From Nitrospirota bacterium (GTDB taxonomy: Bacteria > Nitrospirota > UBA9217): 64,000 nucleotides of DNA. Positions 51,835 through 64,000 of the stretch are shown in pieces; the first letter of the stretch is position 1, and each line of letters opens with the position of its first letter. Position numbers and translations under genes: made by a program. The stretch spans positions 32,001 through 96,000 of the forward strand of contig CAVUCU010000007.1 in the NCBI GenBank assembly GCA_963740085.1, read 5' to 3'. A model generated the notes under the pieces. The model did not search any database. It was given only the letters and a program-made list of their open reading frames with translations, and was not told where the DNA came from.

Positions 51835-54800
51835 ATGACCACCAACCCAAAAAATGAGACCGCGTCAAACGCCGCCGACACCGCCAGGTCCGTGCACCTT
51901 TCGGCCTCGGCCGGCTCCGGCAAGACCCGCGCGCTCAAGGACCGCTACCTTGCCCTGCTTGACGCGCTCGACAAACGCGGGCTCAACATCGACCAGGCCG
52001 TGGCCATCACGTTCACCGACAAGGCAGCCGCGGAGATCAAAGAGCGCGTGATGCGCGACCTGCCGGAGGCCATGCTCAAGAGGATCATCCGCGGCAGACA
52101 GGACCTCCGTATCTCGACCATCCACTCCTTCTGCATGAACCTGCTGAAGCGCTACCCGCTCGAAGCGGGACTCCCGCCGGACTTCGGCGTGCTCGACTCC
52201 CGCGATCAGGCCGCCAAGATCCAGAAGGCCATCGAAGACACCCTCGAAGAATCCGACCGGGACCAGGAGATCATGGCCCCGCTCAAGGGGTTCACGGTTA
52301 ACGAACTGATCTCCACGGTCGAGTACCTGCTTTCGGTCAGAAGCAGGCTCAAGCGCATGGAGATCGACGCGCAGGGACCGGACGGCCTGCTTAAGTCCAT
52401 CCGCGCCGGAATGGAAACGGATGCCGCGGAGGCAGAGCTCACGGCCCTCATCTCCAGCGCTGAATGGCGGACATCCTTCCGGGAGATGGGGCGCCTGCTC
52501 AAGGCAGAGGGCGACAATTATTACGATTGCAGGGGACCGGGACATGTTCTCCTCGCAGAGGCACAGTCCGCCGATGCCGCGTTCGGGACAACGGAGGCGC
52601 TCTTCCCGATTTACTTCACCCTCGAAGGCGCTCCGCGCAAGAACGCGAAGATCACCGCAAAGTCATTTAAGGGCCGGAGCAGAAAGGAATACGAGAAGCT
52701 CTTCTTCCACATCCAGACATTGCTTTACCGGCTCAGGAACGCGTATCAGCGCGCACAAGCAGGCCGAGAGTCGCTCAGCATGCTCCGGCTGTATCTGCGC
52801 GCCGCGGAACAGTACCAGACAGCAAAGCTCAGGGAAGGCCTTCTCGACTTCGATGATCTCGAGATCTGCGCCTACCGCCTTCTTCAGAACATTGAATCGC
52901 CTGAGATCCTCTACTGGCTCGACCGGAAGATACTGCACTTCCTCGTTGACGAGTTCCAGGACACCAGCGATATACAATGGGCCATCCTCGATAAGCTGAC
53001 CAGCGAGATCTTCGCCGGCCAGGGTGCGGAAAAACGCATGTCGCCTACCTTGTTCGTTGTCGGCGACGAGAAGCAGTCCATCTACCGGTTTCGGGAAGCG
53101 AACTACCGATTGTTCGAGAACGTCAGGCAAAAAATGGAGGCACTGCTTCCTCCCGGATCGCGGGCAATCCTCACGCTCGACAAGAACTTCCGCTCAACGC
53201 CCGAGGTCGTTGAGACCGTGAACAAGGTCTTTACAGGGCTGTGGGGGGAAGAGTATAAATCCTCTGACGTTGACCGGAAAGACCACAAGGGTAGCGTCCA
53301 ACTCATCGAGCTTCAGTCTGTTTCCGGAGAAGGGGGCCCTTCCGGCCCTGCCGAAGCCGGGGTGCTTGCGCAGAGGATACTATCGCTCGTGGGATTTGGA
53401 ACGATCGTCTACGAAAAGATCGACAATGACTGGATCACCCGTCCCGCAGCCTACGGCGACTGCGCAATCCTGATCCAGTCGCGCACAAAGCTCAAGGAAT
53501 ACGAGACTGCGCTGCAGCAGGCAGGCATTCCCTTCCGCGTGATCGGCGGCATCGGCTTTTACGACGAGGACGAGATCCAGGCCTTGATGAGCACCCTCTC
53601 CTTCCTCTGGAACAAGGATGACAAGCTGGCGCTTGCCGCGGCGCTTAAATCGGACCTTTTCGGGTTCACGGACGAAGACATCTTCGACCTTATGCAGCAG
53701 GGTGGCGATATGGCCGATTCACTCCGAACACTGAGGCCGGAATCGCGGGCGTTATTGCACCGCTGGCAACAGATCGCAGGCGTCGCGCCTCTTGCGACTC
53801 TCATTCATATGATCATCAATGAGAGCGGCGCCTATGTGCGGTTCGGCAGGAGGAACCCTCAGGCGATCTTCAATCTCGATAAACTGCTGGATACTGCCCG
53901 CGAGTTCGACCGCCGCGGCTACACCACGCTCCAGGACTTCGTGGAGTGGGTCAGGAACATCCGGAGGACGGAACAACGCGAAGCCACCGCTGACATGAAC
54001 CTTCCCGGCTTCCAGGGTTCCGTCAGCATCCTGACCGTGCATAAGGCAAAGGGTCTGGAATATCCCGTCGTGTTCCTGCCGGGAATGAACCAGGCTGCGC
54101 GGTCGCTTACCATCGGACCGGAGGCGCTCATCAGCGAAGCGGACGGGACCAAGCGCATCGCGATCAAGGACGCGACCAATCCGGTGTACGGCGATATGTG
54201 GAAGGGAGACAGCAGTGAGCAGGAAGAACTGAAGCGGGAGCAACAGCGGCTTCTCTACGTCGCGATGACTCGGGCGCGTGACCACCTGGTCATGCTCGGC
54301 ACCCTCGGAACCGGCAGGACACCGATCAAGCAGGATACCTGGCTGGATTACCTGCACACCACGGCTCCGCAGCCCTTATTCGAACAACCGATCGACGGTC
54401 CGGCGGGCATGCGTCTCTATTCGATTCCAATGTCCGCATGGGCGTCAACCATAATCATGAATCCCCCTTCATTCCCCGCCCCGGCAAAGAGGGGCCGGGG
54501 GGAAGATGAGCAGGGCGTTTCAGCACAGGTAGATTTGCAAAAGGTCCTCGACCATATCTCCCCTCTCCTGCGCTCGGACGCCTTAGAATGGAAGCGCGCG
54601 ACAGACTTCATTGCGCAGGACATTGGATCACTGCCAGAGACTCCGGTAGCTTCAGACGAAGCAAGGGTCGTCTCTCCACTCACCCGGGGGAGTGTTCTCC
54701 ATCGCTGCCTTGAGGAATATGCAAAGACCGGTGCGTACGACATCGACAGGATCACTGCCGAATATCCTGAGATACTGGCGCTCGGGCACGATGCTCAAAA

Positions 54801-55158
54801 TAACATCAGGGTTGCCGTCGAGTCGATCCTGGGATCGGTCCTGAAGAATCGGGACACCTCATGGATCTTCGAACGCCGCGATACCTCATATGCGGAACTG
54901 CCCTTCCTGTACAAAAAGGGCCGTTCCCTGGTAAGCGGAATCATCGATCGCGTTGTTGTCAAGGATGGGAAAGGATTCGTTATCGATTATAAGTCCATTC
55001 TGGTCGAGAATGACGACGCACTCAAATCCTGGACGGAACATTACCGCCCTCAGATTGTGGTATATTGTGAGGCAGTGAAAGAGATCTTCCAGCTGGGGCG
55101 CGTTGAAGGATATATATTCTTCCTTGACAGCAACCGGTTGGAATTGGCAGTACCCTAA
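51835..55158 (+). CDS. addA: AddA-like UvrD helicase/nuclease
   Basis: ASAGSGKT, DEFQD, GDEKQSIYRFR, TVHKAKGLE, YVAMTRA and GIIDR...DYK. Confidence 0.92.
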   Translation: MTTNPKNETASNAADTARSVHLSASAGSGKTRALKDRYLALLDALDKRGLNIDQAVAITFTDKAAAEIKERVMRDLPEAMLKRIIRGRQDLRISTIHSFCMNLLKRYPLEAGLPPDFGVLDSRDQAAKIQKAIEDTLEESDRDQEIMAPLKGFTVNELISTVEYLLSVRSRLKRMEIDAQGPDGLLKSIRAGMETDAAEAELTALISSAEWRTSFREMGRLLKAEGDNYYDCRGPGHVLLAEAQSADAAFGTTEALFPIYFTLEGAPRKNAKITAKSFKGRSRKEYEKLFFHIQTLLYRLRNAYQRAQAGRESLSMLRLYLRAAEQYQTAKLREGLLDFDDLEICAYRLLQNIESPEILYWLDRKILHFLVDEFQDTSDIQWAILDKLTSEIFAGQGAEKRMSPTLFVVGDEKQSIYRFREANYRLFENVRQKMEALLPPGSRAILTLDKNFRSTPEVVETVNKVFTGLWGEEYKSSDVDRKDHKGSVQLIELQSVSGEGGPSGPAEAGVLAQRILSLVGFGTIVYEKIDNDWITRPAAYGDCAILIQSRTKLKEYETALQQAGIPFRVIGGIGFYDEDEIQALMSTLSFLWNKDDKLALAAALKSDLFGFTDEDIFDLMQQGGDMADSLRTLRPESRALLHRWQQIAGVAPLATLIHMIINESGAYVRFGRRNPQAIFNLDKLLDTAREFDRRGYTTLQDFVEWVRNIRRTEQREATADMNLPGFQGSVSILTVHKAKGLEYPVVFLPGMNQAARSLTIGPEALISEADGTKRIAIKDATNPVYGDMWKGDSSEQEELKREQQRLLYVAMTRARDHLVMLGTLGTGRTPIKQDTWLDYLHTTAPQPLFEQPIDGPAGMRLYSIPMSAWASTIIMNPPSFPAPAKRGRGEDEQGVSAQVDLQKVLDHISPLLRSDALEWKRATDFIAQDIGSLPETPVASDEARVVSPLTRGSVLHRCLEEYAKTGAYDIDRITAEYPEILALGHDAQNNIRVAVESILGSVLKNRDTSWIFERRDTSYAELPFLYKKGRSLVSGIIDRVVVKDGKGFVIDYKSILVENDDALKSWTEHYRPQIVVYCEAVKEIFQLGRVEGYIFFLDSNRLELAVP

Positions 55159-55344
55159 TAGTACCAGCATACACGGCGTTCTTAATTCCTGGAAATATCA
55201 CAATCTTTGTTAAACCAATTTCCCTATTGAGTGTCAAACATCTACATACCCCATGCGGTCATAGAGAGATGACAACACCACCCGGAATTAATACAGATTT
55301 GTTGTTACCACAGAAGAGGCTTATCATTTAAAGAGGAGGAGCAC

Positions 55345-56805
<1,461 letters not shown>

Positions 56806-56911
56806 TGATTTTTACCTCCCGAAAAATCCCCACTCGCTTAGTCCTCTCCCACGAGGGAGAGGACTAAGTCCGTCTTTGCAGCGACAATTTTGCAGAGCTG
56901 CTAACCTCATG

Positions 56912-57118
56912 ACCCCTGACCCGGACAAGCCGGGACCAAAAGCAAAAATTGAAAGGCGTCTCTCGCAAAGACGCAATAGCCTATGAAAGAAAAGCGGCCA
57001 CTGAGGGAATCACGCCAGGAAAATCTTTAAGTCTTGGCTTGATAAAAACTAAATACTATGGCCTTTCTTTGCGAGCTTAGCGTCCTTGCGAGAAAATTTC
57101 TGGCCATATGACCTGATT
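56912..57118. repeat. Family A-related element
   Basis: CCCGGACAAGCCGGGACCAAA; TCTCGCAAAGACGCAA ... CTTTGCGAGCTTAGCGTCCTTGCGAGA. Confidence 0.7.
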
Positions 57119-57226
57119 GACACTCCGCGGGAAAATGTTACAATGTTTGTAACTGCTCAGGTTCAATGTTTCAAGGGTTCAGAGTTCGAGGTTTAGAAGA
57201 GAAAGGCTCCTCTTGAAAGGACTACC

Positions 57227-58606
57227 ATGAAAGAATACGACATCATCATCATCGGCTCAGGCAGCGGGGCGAACCTTGTCAATGACGCACTGTCACACAA
57301 TAAGACCGTTGCGATCGTGGACAAGGGGCCCGCGGGCGGCACCTGTCTGAATGTCGGTTGCATACCCACGAAAATGATCGTCTACCCGGCTGACAGGATC
57401 ATGGAGATCCGCGAGGCGAACAAATTAGGCATCACCGCAGAGATCAAGGAGATCGATTTCGCATCCATCATGGAGCGGATGCGCAAGGCCGTAAAAAAAA
57501 GTCGCGATAATATCCAAAAAACGTTGGACGAGGCCAGGGATTTCGATTACTACCGGGGCGAGGCGCGTTTTACCGCGGACTATACGCTCGAGGTTAATAT
57601 TAAAACGATCAAGGGGAAAACAATATTTCTGGCTTCCGGCGCCCGGCCGCTCATTCCTCCCCTCAAAGGCATCGAGAGCATCGAGTACCTCACGAACGAA
57701 AGCGCGCTCCAGCTTACCGAACGTCCGGAAAGCATGGTCATCATCGGAGGCGGATACATTGCCGCTGAGTTCGCCCATTTCTTCGAGGCCATGGGCACGA
57801 AGGTAACTATCATACAGAGGAACGAGCGGCTCGTACCCGAAGAGGAGCCTGAGATCTCCGAACTGCTGAAGACAGCCCTTTCCCGCCGCATGACAATTCA
57901 TACGAATACAGAAGCCGTTGAGGTCCGCCAGACCGGGAAGGTCACGACGGTCGTGGCAAGAGAACAGAACAGTGGAAAACAGCTGGAGATCATTGCCCAA
58001 CAGATCCTGATCGCCGCGGGACGAAAATCAAATGCCGATATCCTGATGGTCGAAAAGACCGGCGTGAAGACGGACGAAAAGGGGTACATCAGTGTGGATG
58101 AGATCCTGGAGACCTCGAAGAAAAACATCTGGGCGTTCGGAGATGCCATCGGCAAAAAGATGTTCCGGCACTCGGCCAATCATGAGGCCGAGCTTGTCTG
58201 GCACAATGCCATCCACGGCAAGAAATCACGGATGAACTTCATTACCGTACCGCATGCCGTGTTCTCATATCCCGAAATCGCTTCCGTGGGACTTACCGAG
58301 GAGCAGGCGATCAAGCTCATGGGCAAACACGAGGTGTTGGTGGGCAAGGCCATGTACCGGGAAGTGGCACGCGGCGAGGCCATGATGGAAACCGAGGGAT
58401 TCACCAAGACCATGGTGCACCGGAAGACGGGAAAGATACTGGGATACCATATCATCGGTCCGCAGGCGTCTATCCTGATCCAGGAGGTCGTGAACGCCAT
58501 GGCAGGTGACGGGAACATCTGGTCCGTTGCAAAAGGAATGCATATTCACCCGGCGCTGTCTGAGGTTGTGCTGAAGGCATTCGGGCAGCTGAACGAGGTG
58601 GAGTGA
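57227..58606 (+). CDS. Pyridine nucleotide-disulfide oxidoreductase (Lpd/mycothione-reductase-like)
   Basis: GGTCLNVGCIP, GGGYIAAE and HIHPALSE. Confidence 0.9.
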   Translation: MKEYDIIIIGSGSGANLVNDALSHNKTVAIVDKGPAGGTCLNVGCIPTKMIVYPADRIMEIREANKLGITAEIKEIDFASIMERMRKAVKKSRDNIQKTLDEARDFDYYRGEARFTADYTLEVNIKTIKGKTIFLASGARPLIPPLKGIESIEYLTNESALQLTERPESMVIIGGGYIAAEFAHFFEAMGTKVTIIQRNERLVPEEEPEISELLKTALSRRMTIHTNTEAVEVRQTGKVTTVVAREQNSGKQLEIIAQQILIAAGRKSNADILMVEKTGVKTDEKGYISVDEILETSKKNIWAFGDAIGKKMFRHSANHEAELVWHNAIHGKKSRMNFITVPHAVFSYPEIASVGLTEEQAIKLMGKHEVLVGKAMYREVARGEAMMETEGFTKTMVHRKTGKILGYHIIGPQASILIQEVVNAMAGDGNIWSVAKGMHIHPALSEVVLKAFGQLNEVE

Positions 58607-58634
58607 TCCTAAAAACAGCGACGCCGCATTCGCG

Positions 58635-58695
58635 GGACCAACACTTCGCGTGAGGGGCGCGGTTTCAGCGACCCCCTCCAAACGAATGGTTATCC
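58635..58695 (-). mobile_element. Solitary attC-like site
   Basis: GGATAAC-cattc-GTTTGGAG-ggggtcgc tgaaacc gcgcccc-TCACGC-gaagt-GTTGGTC, downstream of the beta-barrel gene. Confidence 0.55.
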
Positions 58696-58776
58696 TTGTC
58701 TTTCATCATCACCTATAGCCAGTGTGCTCCACCACGTTCTCGGCTCACGATTGGGAAGCTAAGCGAATCGGCTCGT

Positions 58777-59601
58777 TTAAAAGACATATCCCAGTCTTAA
58801 CCCGAGGAGATCAGAAGTGGAACGGGGCTGAAACACGATATACCCACCGGCGTGTTCATCGTCGGACCGCGAGAACCTCATGCCGTCATAGAACAGGCTG
58901 GTCTTCAAATGGCGAAACTGCAATCCCAGCTCGCCGAACAGCGAGGCCTGCCTGCCGGGATGCAGGGTAACATCGCCTATGCCGAAAGAGCTGAGATCTA
59001 CCGAACTTTCGTTATAGACAGGCAGCTTTACTCCGGACTCCGCGAAAAGCCGCACCCCGCTTGACACGTCAAGCCGTGCGCGCAGGCCAAGACGCACATG
59101 CAGTGTTTTCCAATTTTCCTTGTACCCGTATGCCGTCGCTCCGTTCGCTGAGGTTCCATCATTGATCGTCCTCAACCAGGCGGCAAAACCCAAACCACCG
59201 AAGGGTTCTATTTGCACGCTGTCTGCGGAGCCGAAGACGTGTCCAGCCTCGATCTTGAGCTTTACCCCGAAATAATCGACCGTGGTGCTGCTCTGTATGC
59301 CGGATTGCGTCATGCCGTCGTAATCGACATTGCCGCCGAAGAGCTCGGCCCCCGCTTGCAGGGATACCGGACCCCTGGGTTTCCACCAGTAGGAACCGCC
59401 TATCCCGAAGAGCGTACCCGATTCCTTGAGAAGGCGCGAGCCGTTGTCATCGAACTCCTTCCAGGAGAAGCTCGAAACCATGGTATAGATATTGACATCC
59501 CCGGCCCATGCGGTTCCGCAAACCATGATGCCGGCCGAGGCCAGCGCGAGTACGAGCGCCGTCCTTCGAAGTCTGATTAAAACAAAGCTCAACAGGTTCA
59601 T
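58777..59601 (-). CDS. Outer-membrane beta-barrel protein
   Basis: Signal peptide, alternating beta-strands and a C-terminal LGYVF. Confidence 0.8.
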   Translation of the reverse strand: MNLLSFVLIRLRRTALVLALASAGIMVCGTAWAGDVNIYTMVSSFSWKEFDDNGSRLLKESGTLFGIGGSYWWKPRGPVSLQAGAELFGGNVDYDGMTQSGIQSSTTVDYFGVKLKIEAGHVFGSADSVQIEPFGGLGFAAWLRTINDGTSANGATAYGYKENWKTLHVRLGLRARLDVSSGVRLFAESGVKLPVYNESSVDLSSFGIGDVTLHPGRQASLFGELGLQFRHLKTSLFYDGMRFSRSDDEHAGGYIVFQPRSTSDLLGLRLGYVF

Positions 59602-59698
59602 TACAGTCCCCTTATCATCGAGGTTATTCAACCAATCGACGGCTTTTCCTCTTCAACTCCTTATGACTCTTCCCAGGCAATACGGCTTCCCGCGTCAA

Positions 59699-61103
59699 TT
59701 ATGACCCCGTGGGACGCGGTATATGAATCGCTTCTTTATGCACATCTTCTGCCGCTTCCATCAAGGCCTCTGCCAACGTAGGATGCGCATGGATCATCTC
59801 CCCGAGCTGCTTTGCCGTGGCGCCCAACTGCATGGCCAGCGCACCCTCATGGATCAGGTCCGTTGCATGGGCGCCGCAGATGTGAACGCCGAGGACCTTG
59901 TCCGTTGCCTCATCGGCGATGATCTTTGCCATACCCGTGATCTCTCCCATGGCGTGCGCCTTGCCAAGCCCCCGGAATTGGAACCTGCCCACACGGTACT
60001 TGATGCCTCTCTCGACGGCCTGCCCTTCCCTGAGTCCGACGCTGCCGATCTCGGGCATGGTGAAGATGCCTGCCGGGACCACGCTATAATCCATGCGTGA
60101 ATCCCCGCCGAGCGCGTTAGCAACAGCCACGAGACCCTGCTGCGACGCGACATGAGCCAGCATCATGTTCCCTGTCACGTCGCCGATCGCGTAGACGCCG
60201 GGGACGCTGGTCTCCATCCTTTCATTTACCGTGATCTCACCGCGTTTGCCGATGGCCACGCCGACGCTCTCGAGCCCGAGGTTTTCCGAATTCATGCTCC
60301 GGCCGATGGAAACAAGAATCCGTTCGGTCATTACCTCTGTCCCGTTCGAGAGCTTCGCGACCATCATGCCGTCGGTGCCTTTCTCCACCTTTTCCACCTT
60401 TACCGTCGTCACCAGCTTGATCTTCGCTTTTTTAAGCTCCCGTTCGAGAATCCCGGACATTTCCTCATCCTCGGTCGATATTGCATGCGCCATCATCTCG
60501 ACCATGGTCACCTCGGCCCCAAAGGACCGATAGATGAAGGCAAATTCGGAACCGATCACGCCCGCACCAACGATCAGCAGGCTTTTGGGAATGCTGGTGA
60601 GTTGGATCGCTTCATCGCTCGTGATCACGCTCTCGCCGTCGAACGGGAAACCCGTCACCTTCGCAGGCCGCGAGCCTGTGGCGATAATGATCTTGTCGGA
60701 CTTCATGTCCGTCACGGTGCCGTCCTTATTGACAACCCGCACCATGTCGGGAGAGAGTAGTGAGCCCCGGCCCTCGATAAGAGTTACACCCCAGCTCTTG
60801 AACAGGCGCCCGGATGCCCTTGACCTGAGTGGAAACGACCTTGTCCTTGCGCTCGCGGATCTTTTCCAGGTTGTAGCCGACCTCGCCTGACACCTGGATG
60901 CCGAAATCAGCTGCGTTCCTCGTGCGCTCGAGCACCTCGGCTGAAGCGATAAGGGTCTTCGTCGGTATGCATCCCCGGTTCAGGCAGGTGCCGCCCACTT
61001 CAGCTCCTTCGACGACTGTCACCTGCGCGCCCTTCTGAGCTGCGCGGATCGCGGCCACATAACCGCCCGGTCCCGCGCCAATTATGGTCAGTTTTATTGT
61101 CAT
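59699..61103 (-). CDS. lpdA: Dihydrolipoyl dehydrogenase, split by a +1 frameshift at ~60806
   Basis: [10 protein letters not shown] and [11 protein letters not shown] in the first ORF; HAHPTLAE in the second. Removing one C gives KGIRALFKSWGV. Confidence 0.92.
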
Positions 61104-61331
61104 AAGATTCTCCCGGCTTGTTCGGTCATCCTCAAGCGCCCCCATAAGGGACATGGCTCTTCCAAGTGAAAATTACCAGGTTCATGCTGAAAACCTGCAC
61201 CCGCATGTTGAAAACCGGGGCGGAAAAGGACAAATGGAAAAGACACCTTCACTAAACGCCAATGATCGCTGCGGCTGTATGCCGTATCCCGCTTACGCGA
61301 TTTTATTACGTATGACCTATGCCACTGTCTT

Positions 61332-61763
61332 TCAACCTGCCTGACCTTTTCCCACGATAAATTTGCCCGTAAAATATTTTTTCCTTATTTGTCCTGCCTC
61401 CTCTTCAATCCAGAGATCGAGCCCGACCTTCTTGATTCGGCAAAGATTGTATAATTTTATGTTGTGAGGGCGAAGGCCAGCAAGGTCTGCCATCGGAGCC
61501 AGGAAGGCACACGGGAAATCATTACAGTCGCAACACATCTCCACACCTTTAGCCTTGACACAGTCGAGTGTCGCGCACCCGTGCGGCAGATGAACATGTT
61601 TCCCATCCTGTGCTCGGCAACCTTTGCAAGCTATTTCTTCTGTCGGCCAGCCATATTTGCCATGCAACAGTTCTGCAACGTCACTCGACAAATTATCTTC
61701 GTAAATTTCGCAGTTGAAGCAGTCGATTCCGCAAGGTGCCGTCAAAACCTTTTTGTTTTTCAT
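61332..61763 (-). CDS. DUF3795 Cys-rich protein
   Basis: APCGIDCFNC, CKGCR and C...C...CCDC..FPC. Confidence 0.85.
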   Translation of the reverse strand: MKNKKVLTAPCGIDCFNCEIYEDNLSSDVAELLHGKYGWPTEEIACKGCRAQDGKHVHLPHGCATLDCVKAKGVEMCCDCNDFPCAFLAPMADLAGLRPHNIKLYNLCRIKKVGLDLWIEEEAGQIRKKYFTGKFIVGKGQAG

Positions 61764-61898
61764 AGATCCTCCTTATGACCAATGACCCGGCCCTCTTCGA
61801 CCTCTGAGAGAAACACAATCCTTTCAGTAAAAAAAGGGAGAGTATACACTCTCCCTTTCGGTTGTCTCTTAACCATATGCAGCTCCAAGAACGCTCCG

Positions 61899-62288
61899 CT
61901 ACTTCGCCTCTTCTTCCTTCAGGAACTTCTCGTACTCCGATTTGGTCATCAGATCGTTCAACTCCGTGGGATCGCTCATGTCAAGCACGACAAGCCATCC
62001 GTTGCCGTACGGATCTTCATTGATAATCTCAGGCGAGTCGGTAAGGTCCCCGTTCACTTCCACGACCGTGCCCGATACCGGGCTGACGACGGGCGAGGTC
62101 GCCTTCGTGGACTCGACCTCGGACAGTTCCGAGTCAGCATCGATCTCGGTATCAACCTCGGGCAGATCGATATACACGATATCGCCCATCTGCTGCTGAG
62201 CATAGTCAGTGATCCCGATAGTGGCACGCTTACCTTCTGCTCGCACCCAGGCGTGTTCCCTATGGTATTTGATATCATCAGGATTCAT
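61899..62288 (-). CDS. gcvH: Glycine cleavage H (lipoyl carrier) protein
   Basis: GITDYAQ, ESTKA (lipoyl Lys) and INEDPYG.GW. Confidence 0.96.
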   Translation of the reverse strand: MNPDDIKYHREHAWVRAEGKRATIGITDYAQQQMGDIVYIDLPEVDTEIDADSELSEVESTKATSPVVSPVSGTVVEVNGDLTDSPEIINEDPYGNGWLVVLDMSDPTELNDLMTKSEYEKFLKEEEAK

Positions 62289-62595
62289 ATGTGTACCTCC
62301 AGAAAATGGTCGCGTCGAAATTGAGCAGAATGACGAATGAGTCTGTTTTTAACCTAAGCGCGGAATTTTGTCAAGCAGAAAAAGGAAGTGTTGCCGATCT
62401 GCGTTTCTGTACAAATCGTCCACGAACTGCGTTCACCGGGGACATGCAATTCCCTTCACCCTCCCCTTCCCTTCCATCGAGGAGGGGCAAAACCTTTTCC
62501 CCTCTGCTTGAGAAAGCCGGGGTGAGCGGGCTTTTTAGGTAAAAAAAGGGAATGCGCTTAGCGCATCCCCTTCTCTCGCATTGGTTAAGGTGACG

Positions 62596-63760
62596 TTAAA
62601 CAGCGACCGGCTCCTTCACTTGTGCGGGTTTCTTCACCACACCCGCAGAGGGCGCTTCGACCATCGTAATGGCCTTCTTGGGGCACCGGGACTCGCACAT
62701 CCTGCAACCGATGCACTTCTCCTGATCGACCGTATGCACCGATCGGATGTCTCCGGAGATGGCACTGACCGGGCAGACCTTTTCACACACATCGATGCCC
62801 ACACACTTTGATGGATCGATATATGCCTTTGGCCGCGCCGGGATATAATCGCGGATCGCGTTCGTCGGACATTTCTTGACACAGAGGCCGCAGACGATGC
62901 ATTTGCTGTGGTCGATCCGCGCGAGATTATTGTCGATGCTGATGGCATTCACCGGGCAGGTCCTGACGCAGATGCCGCAGGCGATACAACCGACCTGGCA
63001 CTTTTTCTTGACGTCGATGCCCTTGTCCTTGCTGTGGCAGCTGATGACCACGGCCTTGGACTCTACCGCAAGTTCGATCACCTGCTTCGGACAGGCGGCA
63101 ACGCACTTGCCGCAGGCAGTGCATTTTTCCTTACTGATGATCGGCAGATTGTCGGCGCTCATCGTAATCGCGTCGAAGGGACAGGCGCGCATACACGTGG
63201 CGTATCCGAGGCATCCATACTCGCAGGACTTGTCGCCTCCTGCCGCAAGCACCGCGGCTGTGCAGTCCATTACGCCGGTGTAGATGAATTTTCGCTGGCT
63301 CAGGGATCTGCCACCCTGGCAGAAGACCCGTGCGATCTTCGGGTCCATCTTCTCCGCCTTTTTGCCCGTGATCTCCGCTATCTTCTCGGCTACTGGCGAT
63401 TTGCCGGGGGCGCACATGCTCACGGCAACATCGGGGTTCCCCACCACGGCCTCGGCATATCCCATGCATCCGGCGAAGCCGCAGGCGCCGCAGTTTGCTC
63501 CCGGCAGAACATCGCGCACCTTCTCTACTTTGGGATCGGTTTTCACGACGAACCGGGCCGCGATAATGGCCAGCGACACGCCAAAGACGATACCCAGCCC
63601 GGCGAGCACGATCAGTGTCGTATACACGGTTGAGAGGGGCACTGTTTCCGGCAGCCTCGGCTCCGGCACCGGCTTCGACGAGGAAGATCAGTTTATTGGC
63701 TGCCATTGACAGCGCGTGCGACAATACCTGGACCAGGATATGCACTGATTGTTCAATCAT
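62596..63760 (-). CDS. rnfB: RnfB polyferredoxin subunit (probable +1 frameshift at ~63638; downstream frame 62596-63669)
   Basis: LPGANCGACGF.GC plus many CxxCxxCxxxCP motifs. The ATG at 63760 joins the frame if one C is removed from GCCCCT. Confidence 0.9.
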
Positions 63761-63786
63761 GGTTTTATACCTTCACTATTATATTT

Positions 63787-63856
63787 ACCACTCAGGACGC
63801 CAAGACGCTTAGAGCACTAAGAGAATCTAACTCTTCTTTCGCGACTTCATGGTTTT
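63787..63856. repeat. Periodic palindromic element between rnfA and rnfB
   Basis: ACCACTCAGGACGCCAAGACGCTTAGAGCACTAAG ... CTTTCGCGACTTCATGGT. Confidence 0.6.
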
Positions 63857-63867
63857 AATTTACATCT

Positions 63868-64000
63868 TTACAGCGTGATCATCCCCGAGAACCCCAGAAA
63901 TGCCAGGGCGATCAACCCGGTCAGAACGAATGAGATGGGCAAACCCTGAAATGACTTGGGCACATCGGCGAGTTCAAGCTTTTCCCTGATGCTCGCCATG
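63868..64000 (-). CDS. rnfA: RnfA subunit, C-terminal part only
   Basis: Manual translation: MASIREKLELADVPKSFQGLPISFVLTGLIALAFLGFSGMITL*. Confidence 0.92.
   Translation of the reverse strand, partial: MASIREKLELADVPKSFQGLPISFVLTGLIALAFLGFSGMITL

Noticed and set aside
48688-55158. Novel helicase-nuclease defence system
   Set aside because: Order, sizes and motifs match housekeeping AddAB.
62290-62460. Glycine riboswitch before gcvH
   Set aside because: No GGAGA...CCGAAG...CTCAGG pattern.

Overview
64 kb of ~55-60% GC bacterial chromosome. The gene content points to an anaerobic Gram-negative organism, plausibly Nitrospirota/Desulfobacterota-like (inference). Most of it is housekeeping: mobB-tatC-tatA, degQ, queF, a MesB-like methionine synthase, argDF, cytochrome c biogenesis system II, nfnAB, phoH2, tsaC, purE/purD, larE, rph, a TPP-riboswitch thi operon, cobUTSC, tRNA-Gly, trxA, addAB, degP, lpdA, gcvH and rnfAB. 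Features the ORF track misses or that stand out: (1) an exported rhodanese that reads through UGA with a clear SECIS hairpin (selenoprotein); (2) a receiver-domain/LpxC fusion; (3) a promoter-driven tRNA-minihelix leader with a terminator ahead of cobU, next to a ~1 kb tRNA-Gly island remnant carrying an orphan c-di-GMP-I riboswitch; (4) degenerate attC-like sites around two toxin-antitoxin pairs; (5) several families of intercistronic palindromic and 7-mer repeats; (6) a ThiS with an extension after its Gly-Gly; (7) six single-base frameshifts that are probably assembly errors. All calls come from motif recognition by eye; no database searches were run.
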